Source: Clostridia bacterium
GTDB taxonomy: Bacteria > Bacillota > Clostridia > Oscillospirales > Acutalibacteraceae
Reading direction: 5' to 3'
Assembly: GCA_022767925.1 (NCBI GenBank)
Contig: JALENG010000033.1
Location: forward strand, 16,300-80,299
DNA: 64,000 nt
Part shown: piece after piece, positions 1 through 10,900 of the stretch
Layout: each line of letters begins with the position of its first letter
How positions within the stretch are numbered: position 1 is the stretch's first letter
Position numbers and translations under genes: made by a program
Notes under the pieces: model-generated
What the model saw: the letters and a program-made list of their open reading frames with translations, nothing else
Told to the model about the DNA's origin: nothing
Database searches by the model: none

Positions 1-81
1 TTGGAGATGCTTCGCCGGATTGGCTTTTCCCACTATACGTTGTTCCGAGAGAGGGAACCGGTCCGGATCCCGATTCTGTAA
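1..81 (+). CDS. 3' end of an unidentified upstream gene (partial)
   Basis: Frame 1 is open from the window edge to TAA at 79-81. Too short to identify. Confidence 0.2.
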   Translation: MEMLRRIGFSHYTLFREREPVRIPIL

Positions 82-116
82 ATTGGGGAGCAAGTTTTAT
101 GATAGGAGAGATTGTC

Positions 117-590
117 ATGGAGAGAACTTTACAGCTTTTACAGGAAAATGCCCGGCTGAGCAATGAGCAGATCGCCGTGATGCTGGGAAAAACCACCGAA
201 GAAGTGGCGGCTACACTGGATGCCTACGAGAAAGCGGGGGTCATCTGCGGGTATAAGCCCCTGATCAATTATGAGAAAGCGCAGGTAGCGCGCGCGTCTG
301 CCCTGATCGAATTGCGTGTTACTCCGCGCAAGGATACCGGTTTTGATGCAATTGCCGAACACATCATGGCCTTTGACGAGGTGGAAAGCCTGTATCTGAT
401 GAGTGGTTCCTATGATCTGGCGGTGACGGTCAATGCCAAAACCATGCAGGATATCGCTGTGTTTGTGGCGCGGCGTCTGGCCCCGATTGACGGAGTACTC
501 TCTACGGCGACCCATTTTATCCTGCATCGCTATAAGGAAGCGGGCGTTTCCCTGCAGGGAGAAGAAGTTGACGAGAGAGAGGGACAGTAA
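117..590 (+). CDS. Lrp/AsnC family transcriptional regulator
   Basis: N-terminal HTH (LSNEQIAVMLGKTTEEV) plus a C-terminal AsnC-type ligand domain. AGGAG at 104-108 favours ATG 117 over the ORF-track start at 99. Confidence 0.85.
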   Translation: MERTLQLLQENARLSNEQIAVMLGKTTEEVAATLDAYEKAGVICGYKPLINYEKAQVARASALIELRVTPRKDTGFDAIAEHIMAFDEVESLYLMSGSYDLAVTVNAKTMQDIAVFVARRLAPIDGVLSTATHFILHRYKEAGVSLQGEEVDEREGQ

Positions 591-592
591 CG

Positions 593-1771
593 GTGATCGA
601 CTATCAGTCCCGTCTCAACCGGGAAATTCAAATTATTAAGCCTTCGCCCATACGCAAATTTTTTGATATCGCCAATGAAATGGAGGATGTCATCTCGCTG
701 AGCATTGGGGAACCGGATTTTTCCACCCCCTGGCATATCCGCCAGGAGGGAATCCGCCAGCTGGACAAGGGACGCACACACTATTCCCCCAACCGTGGTT
801 TTTTGGATCTGCGCAAAGAATTATGCGCCTGGTTTCTGCGCCATTATGGGGTGGAGTACAACCCGGAGAAAGAATGTCTGGTGACCGTGGGTGGATCGGA
901 AGCCATTGATCTGTGCATTCGCACCCTGATCAATCCCGGTGACGAGGTCCTGATCCCCGAGCCGAGTTACGTCTGTTATGTACCCATGACAGAAATGGCC
1001 GAGGGGATTCCGGTTATCATTGAAACAAAGGCGGAAAATCACTTTCGCCTGACAGCCGATGAGCTGCTTCGGAAAATCACACCGAAAACCAAGCTTCTGA
1101 TTCTTCCTTATCCCAACAATCCCACCGGCGGTGTGATGCGCCGGGAACATCTGGAAGAGATTGCGAAGGTGATTATTGAGAACGATCTGCTGGTTCTCAG
1201 CGATGAGATTTACGGGGAACTAACTTATGGGAAAGCTGGTCACTGCTCTTTGGCCAGCATTCCCGGAATGCGGGAGAGGACCATTGTTGTAAACGGCTTT
1301 TCCAAAGCGTTCGCCATGACCGGATGGCGGCTGGGATATGCCATGGGGCCCGCTGAAATTCTGGCGGCCATGACAAAGCTGCACCAGTATGTGATTATGA
1401 GTGCCCCGACCCCGGCCCAATATGCGGCCATCGAGGCGCTGCGCAACGGCGACCCGGATATCACCTATATGCGGGAACAGTATGATATGCGCCGCCGTCT
1501 GATTGTGAGCGAGCTGAACCGGATGGGACTGACTTGCTTTGATCCCGAAGGGGCTTTTTATGTTTTCCCCAGCATTCAGAAAACAGGGCTGACTTCCGAT
1601 GATTTCTGTGAAAAACTGATTTACGAGGAACACGTAGCCGTCGTGCCGGGAACGGCCTTTGGCGCCTGCGGTGAAGGTTTTGTCCGGATTTCCTATTCCT
1701 ATTCCATTAAGCATATTACGGAGGCTCTGCGCCGAATTGAGCGCTTTGTGAAAAAGTATGAAAAATTGTGA
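593..1771 (+). CDS. PLP-dependent aminotransferase, class I/II (aspartate/aromatic type)
   Basis: 392 aa. Carries the PLP-lysine motif NGFSKAFAMTGWRLGY and PNNPTG. GTG start lies 2 nt after the regulator stop. Confidence 0.9.
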   Translation: MIDYQSRLNREIQIIKPSPIRKFFDIANEMEDVISLSIGEPDFSTPWHIRQEGIRQLDKGRTHYSPNRGFLDLRKELCAWFLRHYGVEYNPEKECLVTVGGSEAIDLCIRTLINPGDEVLIPEPSYVCYVPMTEMAEGIPVIIETKAENHFRLTADELLRKITPKTKLLILPYPNNPTGGVMRREHLEEIAKVIIENDLLVLSDEIYGELTYGKAGHCSLASIPGMRERTIVVNGFSKAFAMTGWRLGYAMGPAEILAAMTKLHQYVIMSAPTPAQYAAIEALRNGDPDITYMREQYDMRRRLIVSELNRMGLTCFDPEGAFYVFPSIQKTGLTSDDFCEKLIYEEHVAVVPGTAFGACGEGFVRISYSYSIKHITEALRRIERFVKKYEKL

Positions 1772-2900
1772 TACGCTGGTGGCGTTAAACCGGTGTGAAG
1801 GGTACCGGTATGATAAAATTCGGGCAGTGATTGATCAGCAGTTTTCCGCCATAAAGGCAGAAGAGCTTCTCCACCCGGGGATCAAAGTGGCAGTAAAACC
1901 CAACCTGGTGGTACGGGCGGATGGAACCAGCGGTGTATGTACCCATCCGCTGGTCACCGCAGCCGTATGCACCTGGCTGATGGAACGGGGGGCCGAGGTG
2001 GTGGTAGCCGAGAGCCCGGGAGGACCCTACACACCGGCGCTGCTCCGATCCCTGTATCAGGGCTGCGGTTACCGTGAGATGGCCGAAACCTATGGCGTCA
2101 CACTCAACGAGGACTGTTCCCATCAGTCCGTTTCCTATCCCCAGGGGGAGCGCTGCCGACTGTTCGATGTGATTACCCCCATTCTGCAGGCCGATCTGAT
2201 TGTGGATATTGCCAAGCTGAAATCCCACTGCATGATGATGTTCAGCGGATGCAGCAAGAATCTTTTCGGGGTGATTCCGGGATTGATGAAACCCGAAATG
2301 CACTGCCGCTTTCCGCAGAAGGAAGAGTTTGCCGCCATGTTGGTGGATTTGTGCGAATATGTCCGCCCAGCCATCTGCGTGATGGATGGCATTCTCGCCA
2401 TGGAGGGAAACGGACCGACCGGCGGCTCCCCGAAGCCCATGGGAGTACTGGCCGCATCCCGGAACCCCTATGCCATTGATACGGTTTGCTGTGAACTGGC
2501 CGGCATGAAACAGCAGGAGGTATGGCTGCTGCGGGAAGCCGTGAGAAGGGGGCTGTGCCCTGGGAGTCTGGAAGAGATCCCCGTGGAGGGGGATTCCTTT
2601 TTCTCTCTGGCCGTATCGGATTTCTGCATGCCCGAATCAAAATCCAGTGATTTTATCGACCGGCTTCCGGCTTTTCTCCGTCCCTTGGCTCAAAAAATTA
2701 CCACGCCCTATCCCAAGATTCGGGAAAAGGACTGTGTTGGCTGCGGAAAGTGCGCCCAGAGCTGCCCCCAGCACACTATATCCCTGAAGAATCGAAAGGC
2801 ACAGATTCACTATCAAAACTGTATTCACTGTTTTTGCTGTCACGAGATGTGTCCGCAGCATGTGATTGATATCCGCCGTTTTTCACTGTTCCGTTTTTAA
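1758..2900 (+). CDS. DUF362 domain protein with C-terminal 2x[4Fe-4S] ferredoxin motifs
   Basis: 380 aa. Two ferredoxin motifs: CVGCGKCAQSCP and CIHCFCCHEMCP. Overlaps the aminotransferase by 14 nt. Confidence 0.7.
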   Translation: MKNCDTLVALNRCEGYRYDKIRAVIDQQFSAIKAEELLHPGIKVAVKPNLVVRADGTSGVCTHPLVTAAVCTWLMERGAEVVVAESPGGPYTPALLRSLYQGCGYREMAETYGVTLNEDCSHQSVSYPQGERCRLFDVITPILQADLIVDIAKLKSHCMMMFSGCSKNLFGVIPGLMKPEMHCRFPQKEEFAAMLVDLCEYVRPAICVMDGILAMEGNGPTGGSPKPMGVLAASRNPYAIDTVCCELAGMKQQEVWLLREAVRRGLCPGSLEEIPVEGDSFFSLAVSDFCMPESKSSDFIDRLPAFLRPLAQKITTPYPKIREKDCVGCGKCAQSCPQHTISLKNRKAQIHYQNCIHCFCCHEMCPQHVIDIRRFSLFRF

Positions 2901-2917
2901 AAGGAAGGGAGGGCCTT

Positions 2918-3802
2918 ATGAAGAAACTGACGCAGGAATATGCCTATGGAAAAATCAATCTGGCCCTTGATATCGAGGGGAAAAGGGAAGACGGCTATCA
3001 TCTGCTGAAAATGGTCATGCAGTCGGTTTCCCTTCATGATACATTGGAGGGAACCTATACCCGGGATGGGAAAGTAACGTTGAAAATTGAGGGAAGTGAA
3101 CTGGCAGCTGACGAAAACAACCTGTGTGTAAAGGCTGCCCGCATGTTTTTAAGGAGTACAAACGACAAGCAAAACGGCTTTACAATGAAGCTTGTAAAGA
3201 AAATTCCTTCACAGGCTGGCATGGGCGGAGGAAGCAGCGATGCCGCTGCCGTTCTCCGCTTAATGAACCGCCTGCGTGGATTTCCCTTTTCCGAGGAGGA
3301 GCTGTGCCGCATGGGGCTGCCCCTGGGGGCGGATGTACCCTTCTGTGTCCGCGGCGGCACCCAGCGAGCCGAGGGAATCGGGGAGATTTTGACCCCGCTG
3401 CCCGCCATGCCGGACTGTATGCTTCTGCTCTGCAAGCCGCCGATCGGGATTTCCACCCCCCAGGCATTCCGGCAAGCGGATGCCTGTACGGCTCCAGCAA
3501 TCCCCTTTGTTCCCGCAGTGGAAGCTGCCCTTTATCAAAAGAGCGTGAATGATTTGGGAAAAGCTATCGGAAACCGGTTTGACGACGTGCTACAGCTCGC
3601 CCAGATCCGCGAAATCCGGCAGGCGATGTTGCGGGAAGGGGCAGTGGGGGCCTGCATGACCGGGAGCGGTTCGGTGGTATTTGGAATTTTTTCGCGGGAT
3701 CAGGACGCTTTTTCCGCCCGGAGGGCTCTTCGGGCGTATGGGCAGTGCTACCTGTGCCGTCCGGTTTCGCCGTTTCCGGATTTTTCCATTTCCCCGGTAT
3801 AA
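2918..3802 (+). CDS. ispE: 4-diphosphocytidyl-2-C-methyl-D-erythritol kinase
   Basis: GHMP kinase motif KKIPSQAGMGGGSSDAAAVL. N-terminal YGKINLAL is typical of IspE. Confidence 0.92.
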   Translation: MKKLTQEYAYGKINLALDIEGKREDGYHLLKMVMQSVSLHDTLEGTYTRDGKVTLKIEGSELAADENNLCVKAARMFLRSTNDKQNGFTMKLVKKIPSQAGMGGGSSDAAAVLRLMNRLRGFPFSEEELCRMGLPLGADVPFCVRGGTQRAEGIGEILTPLPAMPDCMLLLCKPPIGISTPQAFRQADACTAPAIPFVPAVEAALYQKSVNDLGKAIGNRFDDVLQLAQIREIRQAMLREGAVGACMTGSGSVVFGIFSRDQDAFSARRALRAYGQCYLCRPVSPFPDFSISPV

Positions 3803-3830
3803 TTCGGAAAACAAGGCCCATCCTCTCTGT

Positions 3831-4496
3831 ATGAAAAAGACAGAGAGGATGTTTTTATTGAAGAAATTTGCTTTATGGGAACGAAAAAGAGGAATCCGGG
3901 CTATCGCCCTTGCCTTTTTCCTTTTGTTTTGCGGACAGTTTCTCTCGTTTGGTGTCCGGTCGGAAAACCTCAGTGAAAAAGTGCTGCGGTTTCACATTCT
4001 GGCAAACTCCGATACGAAAGAGGACCAGGCGATAAAGCTCCAGGTACGGGACCGGATTCTGCAGGAGGCCGCCGGGCTGCTGGATTCGGTGGATTCCCCC
4101 TTACAGGCTGAGGAGATTTTGCGGGAAAAGCTCCCCTCGCTTCTGCAAAGCGCCCGGGAGACGGTTCAAAACTGCGGGAAAGAGCAGGAGATAAGCGGAG
4201 GGTTCTGCACCGAGTATTTTCCCACCCGCACCTACACCGACAGGGAGGGAAAGACCTATACGCTGCCGGCGGGGACTTACCGCTCTTTAACCATACGGAT
4301 CGGTGAAGCAGAGGGGCACAACTGGTGGTGTGTGATGTTCCCGTCCCTGTGCCTCCCGGCAGTGAGCGAGAATGTGGAATCCTCTTTCACCCAGGAGGAA
4401 AACGATCTGATTCAGACGGACGAAACGGACTACCGTTTCCGCGTATGGGAGTGGACGCAGCAAGCGATTCAATGGGTACAGGAATGGCAATGGTAA
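3831..4496 (+). CDS. spoIIR: stage II sporulation protein R
   Basis: Signal-anchor followed by VLRFHILANSDTKEDQAIKLQVRDRIL. The ORF-track 5' extension overlaps ispE, so ATG 3831 is preferred. Confidence 0.85.
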   Translation: MKKTERMFLLKKFALWERKRGIRAIALAFFLLFCGQFLSFGVRSENLSEKVLRFHILANSDTKEDQAIKLQVRDRILQEAAGLLDSVDSPLQAEEILREKLPSLLQSARETVQNCGKEQEISGGFCTEYFPTRTYTDREGKTYTLPAGTYRSLTIRIGEAEGHNWWCVMFPSLCLPAVSENVESSFTQEENDLIQTDETDYRFRVWEWTQQAIQWVQEWQW

Positions 4497-4563
4497 AAAA
4501 GGACAGGGCTTTTCCTGTCGGGAAAAATCTGCTATGATTAACAAAAAGAAAGGAAGGCGCCCC

Positions 4564-7500
4564 ATGCTGCACTTTATTCTGGGCCCCGCGGGAAGCGGAA
4601 AAACGGCCATTGCCCGCCGGCTTTTGGCGAAAAAAAGAGAAGAAGGGCAGGATGTTATGCTCCTTGTTCCGGAACAGTACTCCTATGAAACAGAGAGGGC
4701 GGTTTTGGAGCAATACGGTGAGGCCTTTTTTGCCGGCATCCAGATTACCAGTTTTGCGCGGCTCCCCGATGCCGTGTTCCGTCGTTATGGTTCAAAAAAC
4801 GGGAGCCGGCTGGATGATACCGGGCGTCATATTCTGATGAGCATGGCGCTGGATGATACACAGGATTATCAGCAGATGCTGGGCGGCCACGCGGCCGGCG
4901 GTGAGCTGATCCGCCGGCTTCTGCTGGTGGAAAAAGAGATGAAAACCTGCTCGCTGCAACCCCATGACCTGTCCCAGGCGGGGAAAAGCTGCGCGTCCTC
5001 CGCCCTGCGGGAAAAAGCGGAGGAAACCGCGCTGATTCTCTCGGCCTTTGAGGCCTATGTGCAGCAGAGCTACCTGGATCCCCAGGACGACCTGATGCGT
5101 CTATGTGAGAGCCTGACGGAACATCCGGAGTGTTTTTCCGGAATCACTCTGATTCTGGACTCTTTTCACGGCTTTACGGAACAGGAGTACCAGGTCCTGC
5201 AGATTCTGATGCGCCGCTGTAAAGATCTGTACATAACGCTGTGCACAGACCGAATGGGATTGCTGCCGGGGGATGATTCGCTGTTTGCCCCCGTGTGCCA
5301 CACCCTTGCGGTGCTGAAAAATATGGCCTCTCAGAATGGGATCCCCATCGCCGTCCCGCAGTATCTGACCGATAAGCCCCGCTATCAAAACAGCGAGCTC
5401 GCTTTTTTGGCGGACCGCTTTTTCCGCACGGGTCCACAGGAATATGAGGGTATTCCTGAACACATTCATTTGCTTCGTGCCGCCGGACGGTACGAGGAAT
5501 GTATGGCGGTTGGCGCCTTGATTCGCCGCTGTGTGCAGGAAAAGGGATACCGCTATCGGGATATCACCGTCATTGTGCGGGATGAAAACGAGTATCAAAA
5601 TGCTCTTCAGGCCGCTTTTGATCAGTATGAAATTCCCGTTTTTCTGGATCGCCCCGCTTCGGTGGAGAGCGAACCGCTGATCCGTCTGATTCTGGCTGCC
5701 TTTGATTGCGTACAGTATGGCTTTCGCACCGATGATGTGATGGCTGTATTAAAGTGCGGCCTGATTCCCATGTCCCTGGAGGAAATCGCCGGTATGGAGA
5801 ACTACGTCTTTCTATGGAATTTGCGCAGCGGCGATTGGAAAACCGAATGGACGAAAAATCCGGCGGGGTTCGTACAGGATTTTTCGGAAAAGCAGAAACA
5901 GGAGCTCGCCCATCTGGAAGGCCTGCGCCGGCAGCTGATAGAACCGTTGATCCATTTCGCGGAAAAAGGAAAAGATCCTACCGGAAAAGAGATCGCCGCG
6001 GCGGTATATTCACTTTTGCAGGAGTATCAGATTGAAACCACCCTGCCCCAATTGGCCGAACAGCTGCGCCTCAGCGGCAGGCTGGAGGATGCCCGCCTGC
6101 AGGAACGCCTGTGGGAGATGCTGATGCAGATTCTGGACCAGACGGCGATGACGTTGGCAGAGAGGAAAATTCCGTTGCTCCGCTATCATTATCTTCTCCG
6201 CCAGATTTTCCGGGTGCAGCGGCTTTCCAGTATTCCGCAGCACATGGATGAAGTGACGGTATCAGTGGCCGGGCGCATGCGGGCCGGGCAGCCGAAGGTG
6301 GTCTTCCTCTTGGGGGCTGTACTGGGAAAATTCCCGCGGATCGTCGGGGAATCGGATGGGATGTTCAGTGAAAACGAGAGAAAGGAATTGATTCGCTGCG
6401 GGCTGAATCTGCACGATACTCTGGAAGAACGGATTGACCAGGAGCGCTTTTCCGCGTATACATCGGTTTGCTCCGCATCCGAGGAAGTGGTGGTTTCCTA
6501 TCCGCTTTGGGATGGAAAGGAAGAAAATACGCCTTCGGAAATCATCACACAAATCCTCGCTCTTTTTCCCCGTTGCCCGATGGAAAACGCCCGGGATTTG
6601 CCGCTTTGTGTGACAGCCTCGTCTGCCGAGACCCTTCTGGCCCAATTTGCCCTGCGTCACCGGGATCATTCGGCCGTTGCGGCCTCGGTGCGGACAGCGG
6701 CTCAGCGTCTTCCCGATATTCAGTCGAGCGTGCAGGCCGTTTATGCGGCCTCCAATGGGGTGGAGGGGAAGATCCGGGATTCCCGTACCGCCCGAAAGCT
6801 CTTTATGGAGCAGAAAATCTCCGCTACCCAGATCGAAACCTACTATAAATGCCCGTTCCGCTATTTTTGCCGGTATGGGCTGCGCATAAAAGAACCCTTG
6901 CGCGCCGAGCTCAATGCGCTGCAATACGGCAATCTGGCCCATTATGTCCTGGAGCATATGCTTCCCCAGCTGGCAGAGAATCCATCGATTCAGGGTGATT
7001 CCCTGCAGGAAAAAGTGGATCAGTGGATGGACCGGTACGCGCAGGAGACGCTGGGGGGCCTGTCCTCCCAAACCGCCCGCTTCCAGGCGATGTTCCGCCA
7101 CTATCGGGAGGTTATCGGTGCGGTAGTGCGCTATGCCGCGGATGAAATGCGCGCAACGGATTTTACCCCGGCGTATTTTGAACAGGAATTGGGGCAGGCG
7201 CCGGTGGATACGCTGAAAATTACGCTCCCCGACGGGGAATCCGTGGAAGTCGGCGGGAAGATCGACCGAATAGATCTGTGCCGGATCGGGGAGAAAACCT
7301 ATGTGCGTATCATTGATTACAAAACGGGAAAGAAGGATTTCGAGCTCTCCCGCATGCTGTCCGGCATGGATCTGCAGATGATGCTGTACCTCTGTGCGGT
7401 TCTGGAGAATCATCTTTTTTCTCCGGCCGGAATTTTGTATATGCCGGTGCGGACAGATGGAAACGGGAAAATTGCGGACCGTATGAGCGGAATGGTGGTG

Positions 7501-7902
7501 GAGAATGATTCCGTTCTCACCAAAATGGACCACACCTACCGCGATGAGGGGAAGGGCGCATTTATCCCGGTGGGGAAGACAAAAGCCGGCGCCTTTGCCC
7601 GGGGAAGCCGCGTGATCAGTGAGAGCGGCATGAAAACAGCTCTCTCCTATACCCGCAGCCGGGTGGAGATTATGGCCAAAGAACTGTGCAAGGGGAATAT
7701 TCAGGCGCGGCCCCTTCTGGTTCAGGAGCACGGTTGTTCCTACTGCCCGTATTACGCTGTTTGCGGAAAAGAGTATCAGAGATTCCCGGTGGAAAAGAAC
7801 AAACAAAGCCCGGAGGAAACACTCAGACAGATGCAGGAAGAGATGAAAGAAGGTATGGCGGATGGCAACAGCATGGACCCCGGCCCAGAAGCTGGCTATT
7901 GA
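4564..7902 (+). CDS. addB: helicase-exonuclease AddAB, subunit AddB
   Basis: Walker A GPAGSGKT. C-terminal PD-(D/E)XK nuclease with an Fe-S cysteine cluster (CSYCPYYAVC). SD AAGGAAGG at 4550-4557. Confidence 0.9.
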   Translation: MLHFILGPAGSGKTAIARRLLAKKREEGQDVMLLVPEQYSYETERAVLEQYGEAFFAGIQITSFARLPDAVFRRYGSKNGSRLDDTGRHILMSMALDDTQDYQQMLGGHAAGGELIRRLLLVEKEMKTCSLQPHDLSQAGKSCASSALREKAEETALILSAFEAYVQQSYLDPQDDLMRLCESLTEHPECFSGITLILDSFHGFTEQEYQVLQILMRRCKDLYITLCTDRMGLLPGDDSLFAPVCHTLAVLKNMASQNGIPIAVPQYLTDKPRYQNSELAFLADRFFRTGPQEYEGIPEHIHLLRAAGRYEECMAVGALIRRCVQEKGYRYRDITVIVRDENEYQNALQAAFDQYEIPVFLDRPASVESEPLIRLILAAFDCVQYGFRTDDVMAVLKCGLIPMSLEEIAGMENYVFLWNLRSGDWKTEWTKNPAGFVQDFSEKQKQELAHLEGLRRQLIEPLIHFAEKGKDPTGKEIAAAVYSLLQEYQIETTLPQLAEQLRLSGRLEDARLQERLWEMLMQILDQTAMTLAERKIPLLRYHYLLRQIFRVQRLSSIPQHMDEVTVSVAGRMRAGQPKVVFLLGAVLGKFPRIVGESDGMFSENERKELIRCGLNLHDTLEERIDQERFSAYTSVCSASEEVVVSYPLWDGKEENTPSEIITQILALFPRCPMENARDLPLCVTASSAETLLAQFALRHRDHSAVAASVRTAAQRLPDIQSSVQAVYAASNGVEGKIRDSRTARKLFMEQKISATQIETYYKCPFRYFCRYGLRIKEPLRAELNALQYGNLAHYVLEHMLPQLAENPSIQGDSLQEKVDQWMDRYAQETLGGLSSQTARFQAMFRHYREVIGAVVRYAADEMRATDFTPAYFEQELGQAPVDTLKITLPDGESVEVGGKIDRIDLCRIGEKTYVRIIDYKTGKKDFELSRMLSGMDLQMMLYLCAVLENHLFSPAGILYMPVRTDGNGKIADRMSGMVVENDSVLTKMDHTYRDEGKGAFIPVGKTKAGAFARGSRVISESGMKTALSYTRSRVEIMAKELCKGNIQARPLLVQEHGCSYCPYYAVCGKEYQRFPVEKNKQSPEETLRQMQEEMKEGMADGNSMDPGPEAGY

Positions 7903-10900
7903 CCGGCGGGAAGGTACGGTTCTGGTATCGGCCGCAGCCGGAAGCGGAAAGACAGCGGTGCTGGTTCAGCGGATGATCGAGCGGATCACCGACCCGGAGA
8001 ATCCGGGCAATGTAGATCGGATTTTGATGGTGACCTTTTCCAAAAAGGCAGCGGCGGAAATGCGGGCCCGTGTACAAAAAGCGTTATCCGACCTCTTACT
8101 GCAGGATCCTGAAAATGGTCATCTGAAACAGCAGCTGCTGCGACTGCCGCAGGCAAAAATCAGCACCGTTCACAGCTTTTGCAACGACCTGGTTCGAGAG
8201 TTTTCCTCCTTGCTGCCCATTTCCTCCGATTTCCGCATTGCCGATGAGAATGAACTGGCTCTTTTAAAAGCGGACGCCATGGAACAACTGCTGGAGGAGT
8301 GCTATGCGCAGCCGACCGGGGAATTCCGGTTTCTGGCCGATCTGTTCAGCACTGACCGCAGCGATACCGGTCTGGAAAAAGTGATCGATCAGGTTGATGA
8401 GTTTTTGTCCTCCCATCCCTTTCCAAAATTCTGGATGGAGAAAACCCTGCAGCTCTATGATCCCCAACTGCCTGCGGAACAGACGGTCTGGGGGTGCAGC
8501 GCCATGCAGGACGCGCTGGATATCGCTCGGTATTACCAGGAAAGCATCCCTCTCTGGCTCTCGATTCTCGAGGAGGAACCGGAAATCTATGCCGCGTATG
8601 CAGATGTTCTGCTCGCGTTGCAGCAGGATCTTTCCCGAATTCCTGCGGACATCGACGGAATTTCCTGGGGGGAATTCCGGGAGAAAATGAGCGGCCTGAC
8701 GGTGGGAAGCCCCAAAGCCTTCCGCGGCTCCATGGCAAAAAAGTATCCGACCGATCATCCCCTTCGCGTTATGATGAAGGGCCTGCTCGATCAGATGAAA
8801 AAGGATTTTCAGAAAATCGGTCAGGAAAGCGGTCAGGAAAGTGGGGATTCTCTCTGCCCGGCGGAAGAGGATCTGCGGGAAAGTGTGGCCACTTCGCGGA
8901 AAACCGCCGGGGAAATTTTCCGCATGGTGCTTCGCTATCGTGAGATCTTTTCCGGGCTGAAAGCGGAACAAAACGTGGCCGATTACGATGATCTGGAGCA
9001 TTGGGCTCTTGCAATTCTGTGTATTCCGCAGCCGGATGGCTCCTTTTCCCGAACCGAGGCTGCCAAAGCCGTGGCCGCCCGGTTTGACGAAATTATGGTG
9101 GATGAGTACCAGGATACCAACGAGACCCAGGATACGATTTTCCGCGCCATTTCCCGACAGGAGGGCAATCTCTTTTTTGTGGGGGATGTAAAACAGAGCA
9201 TCTACAGTTTCCGGCAGGCCATGCCGCAGATCTTTCTTCATTATCGAAAAGAGTTCCCAGCGATGACGGAGGAAACGGATTTGTACCCGGGAAGCATCAC
9301 CCTGGACCGAAATTTTCGCTCCCGAAAAAGCGTGACGGATTTTGTCAACTTCACCTTTTCCCAGATTATGAGCGAGCATCTGGGGGATGTGTCCTATTCC
9401 GGTCAGGACCGCCTTGTCTGCGGAGCCGACTATTATCCGGACGGGGAAGGCTATGACCCGGAGTTCTGGCTGATCGACCGGGAACGCGCCGGTATGCCAA
9501 CGGAGGAAGAGGATGCCGTTCTGGAAGGAAGGCTGATTGCGGAAAAGATCCATGAAATGCTGGATTCGGGTTTGATGATTACGGATAAGGCCGGTCAGCG
9601 CCGGGTGCGGGAGGGGGATTTTTGCATCCTTCTGCGCACCGTCAGCCAGCAGGCTTCGGTATATGCCCGAGAACTGAACCGCGCCGGCCTTCATGCCTCA
9701 GCCGGAAGTGAAGAGGATTTTTTCCAAACCCCCGAGATCTCTCTGATTTTGAATCTTCTCCGTGTGATCGACAACCCCACCCGGGAAATCCCCCTGCTGG
9801 GCGTGATGATGAGTGCCCTGTACGGAGTTTCCCCGGATGAAATTTCGCAGATGCGCCTGGAACACCCCGGGGTCAATCTCTATACCGTTCTCGTCCAAAG
9901 CCGGAAAAAATATCCCAAGGCCGATTTACTGCTGCAGGATCTGGAGGCCTATCGGGCAGCCGCGGCGGTTATGCGTGCGGATGAGCTGCTTCTTTATCTC
10001 TTCCGTACCACACGGATTCTCCCTCTGATGCAGGCGCTGCCGCAGGGGGAGGAGCGCAGCGCGCGGCTGTATCAGCTTTTGGATTTTGCCAGCCATTTTG
10101 AGGAAGGAAACCGCACCGGCCTGTCGGTTTTTCTGCGCTATATCAGCCGGCTGGAGAAAAACCGGACCGTGTCCCCGGAAAAAGCGGCGCCGGATTCGGA
10201 AAAAGGGGTTACGATCCTCAGCGTACACAAATCAAAGGGGCTGGAGTTTCCCATTGTAATTCTGGCAGGATGCGGCCATCGTTTTCACAATGAAACGGCG
10301 CCCGTAACTCTTCACGCAGATATGGGGCTGGGGGTTTTTGCAAAGGAAAAGGGCTGTTCTTTTGTCCGGAATATGATTTTGCAGAGAAAGCGGCAGGAGC
10401 AGTATTCGGAGGAAATGCGGATTCTGTATGTGGCCATGACCCGCGCCAAGGAAAAGCTGATCATGGTAATGACCGCCGATAAAGGAGAGGAAACTCTCCG
10501 GCGGATTTACACGCACAGCGGAATGGGGAAAACCCTTCCGTTTGTGGCCCTTCGGAATTGCCGCTGCCTGGGGGATTGGCTGCTTGCGTGTGTTCTGCGT
10601 CACCCGGATTCGGCCGGATGGCGCAGGGAACTGCATCTGGATAAGGGATATGTCCGCACGGAAGACGCGGGTTCAATGAAATTGTGCCTGCTGGCTCCTT
10701 TTGCGGAAAAAGAGGAAGTAAAGGGCGAGGAGATATCCGATGCGGAGCCGGTGGCGGAGGATGTGGAAAAAATCGTTGAAAAGGTTCGGTACCGCTATCC
10801 CTATCAGGAAATGACGGGAACAGAGACAAAAGTGACCGCCTCTGAAATTGCGGCCCGGGATCAAAAGGAGAGGGAACCGGTCTTTCTCCGCCCGCTGTTC

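Noticed and set aside
3681-3830. 5' extensions offered by the ORF track for spoIIR, and likewise for rdgB at 25553-25630, the ACT protein at 31184-31261 and the lipoprotein at 43373-43459.
   Set aside because: The extensions overlap the preceding gene or lack an SD. Internal ATGs sit behind good SD sequences and match the family N-termini.
4497-4520. Hairpin GACAGG/CCTGTC after spoIIR as a terminator.
   Set aside because: No U-tract follows it on the + strand (GGGAAAAATC), and addB starts 44 nt later. It is at best a weak pause or stability element.
6262-9694. 514-aa and 476-aa ORFs antisense to addB and addA.
   Set aside because: These are the same mirror-frame situation. 6262 and 4534 are both 1 mod 3, and 8264 and 7862 are both 2 mod 3. 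No independent coding evidence.
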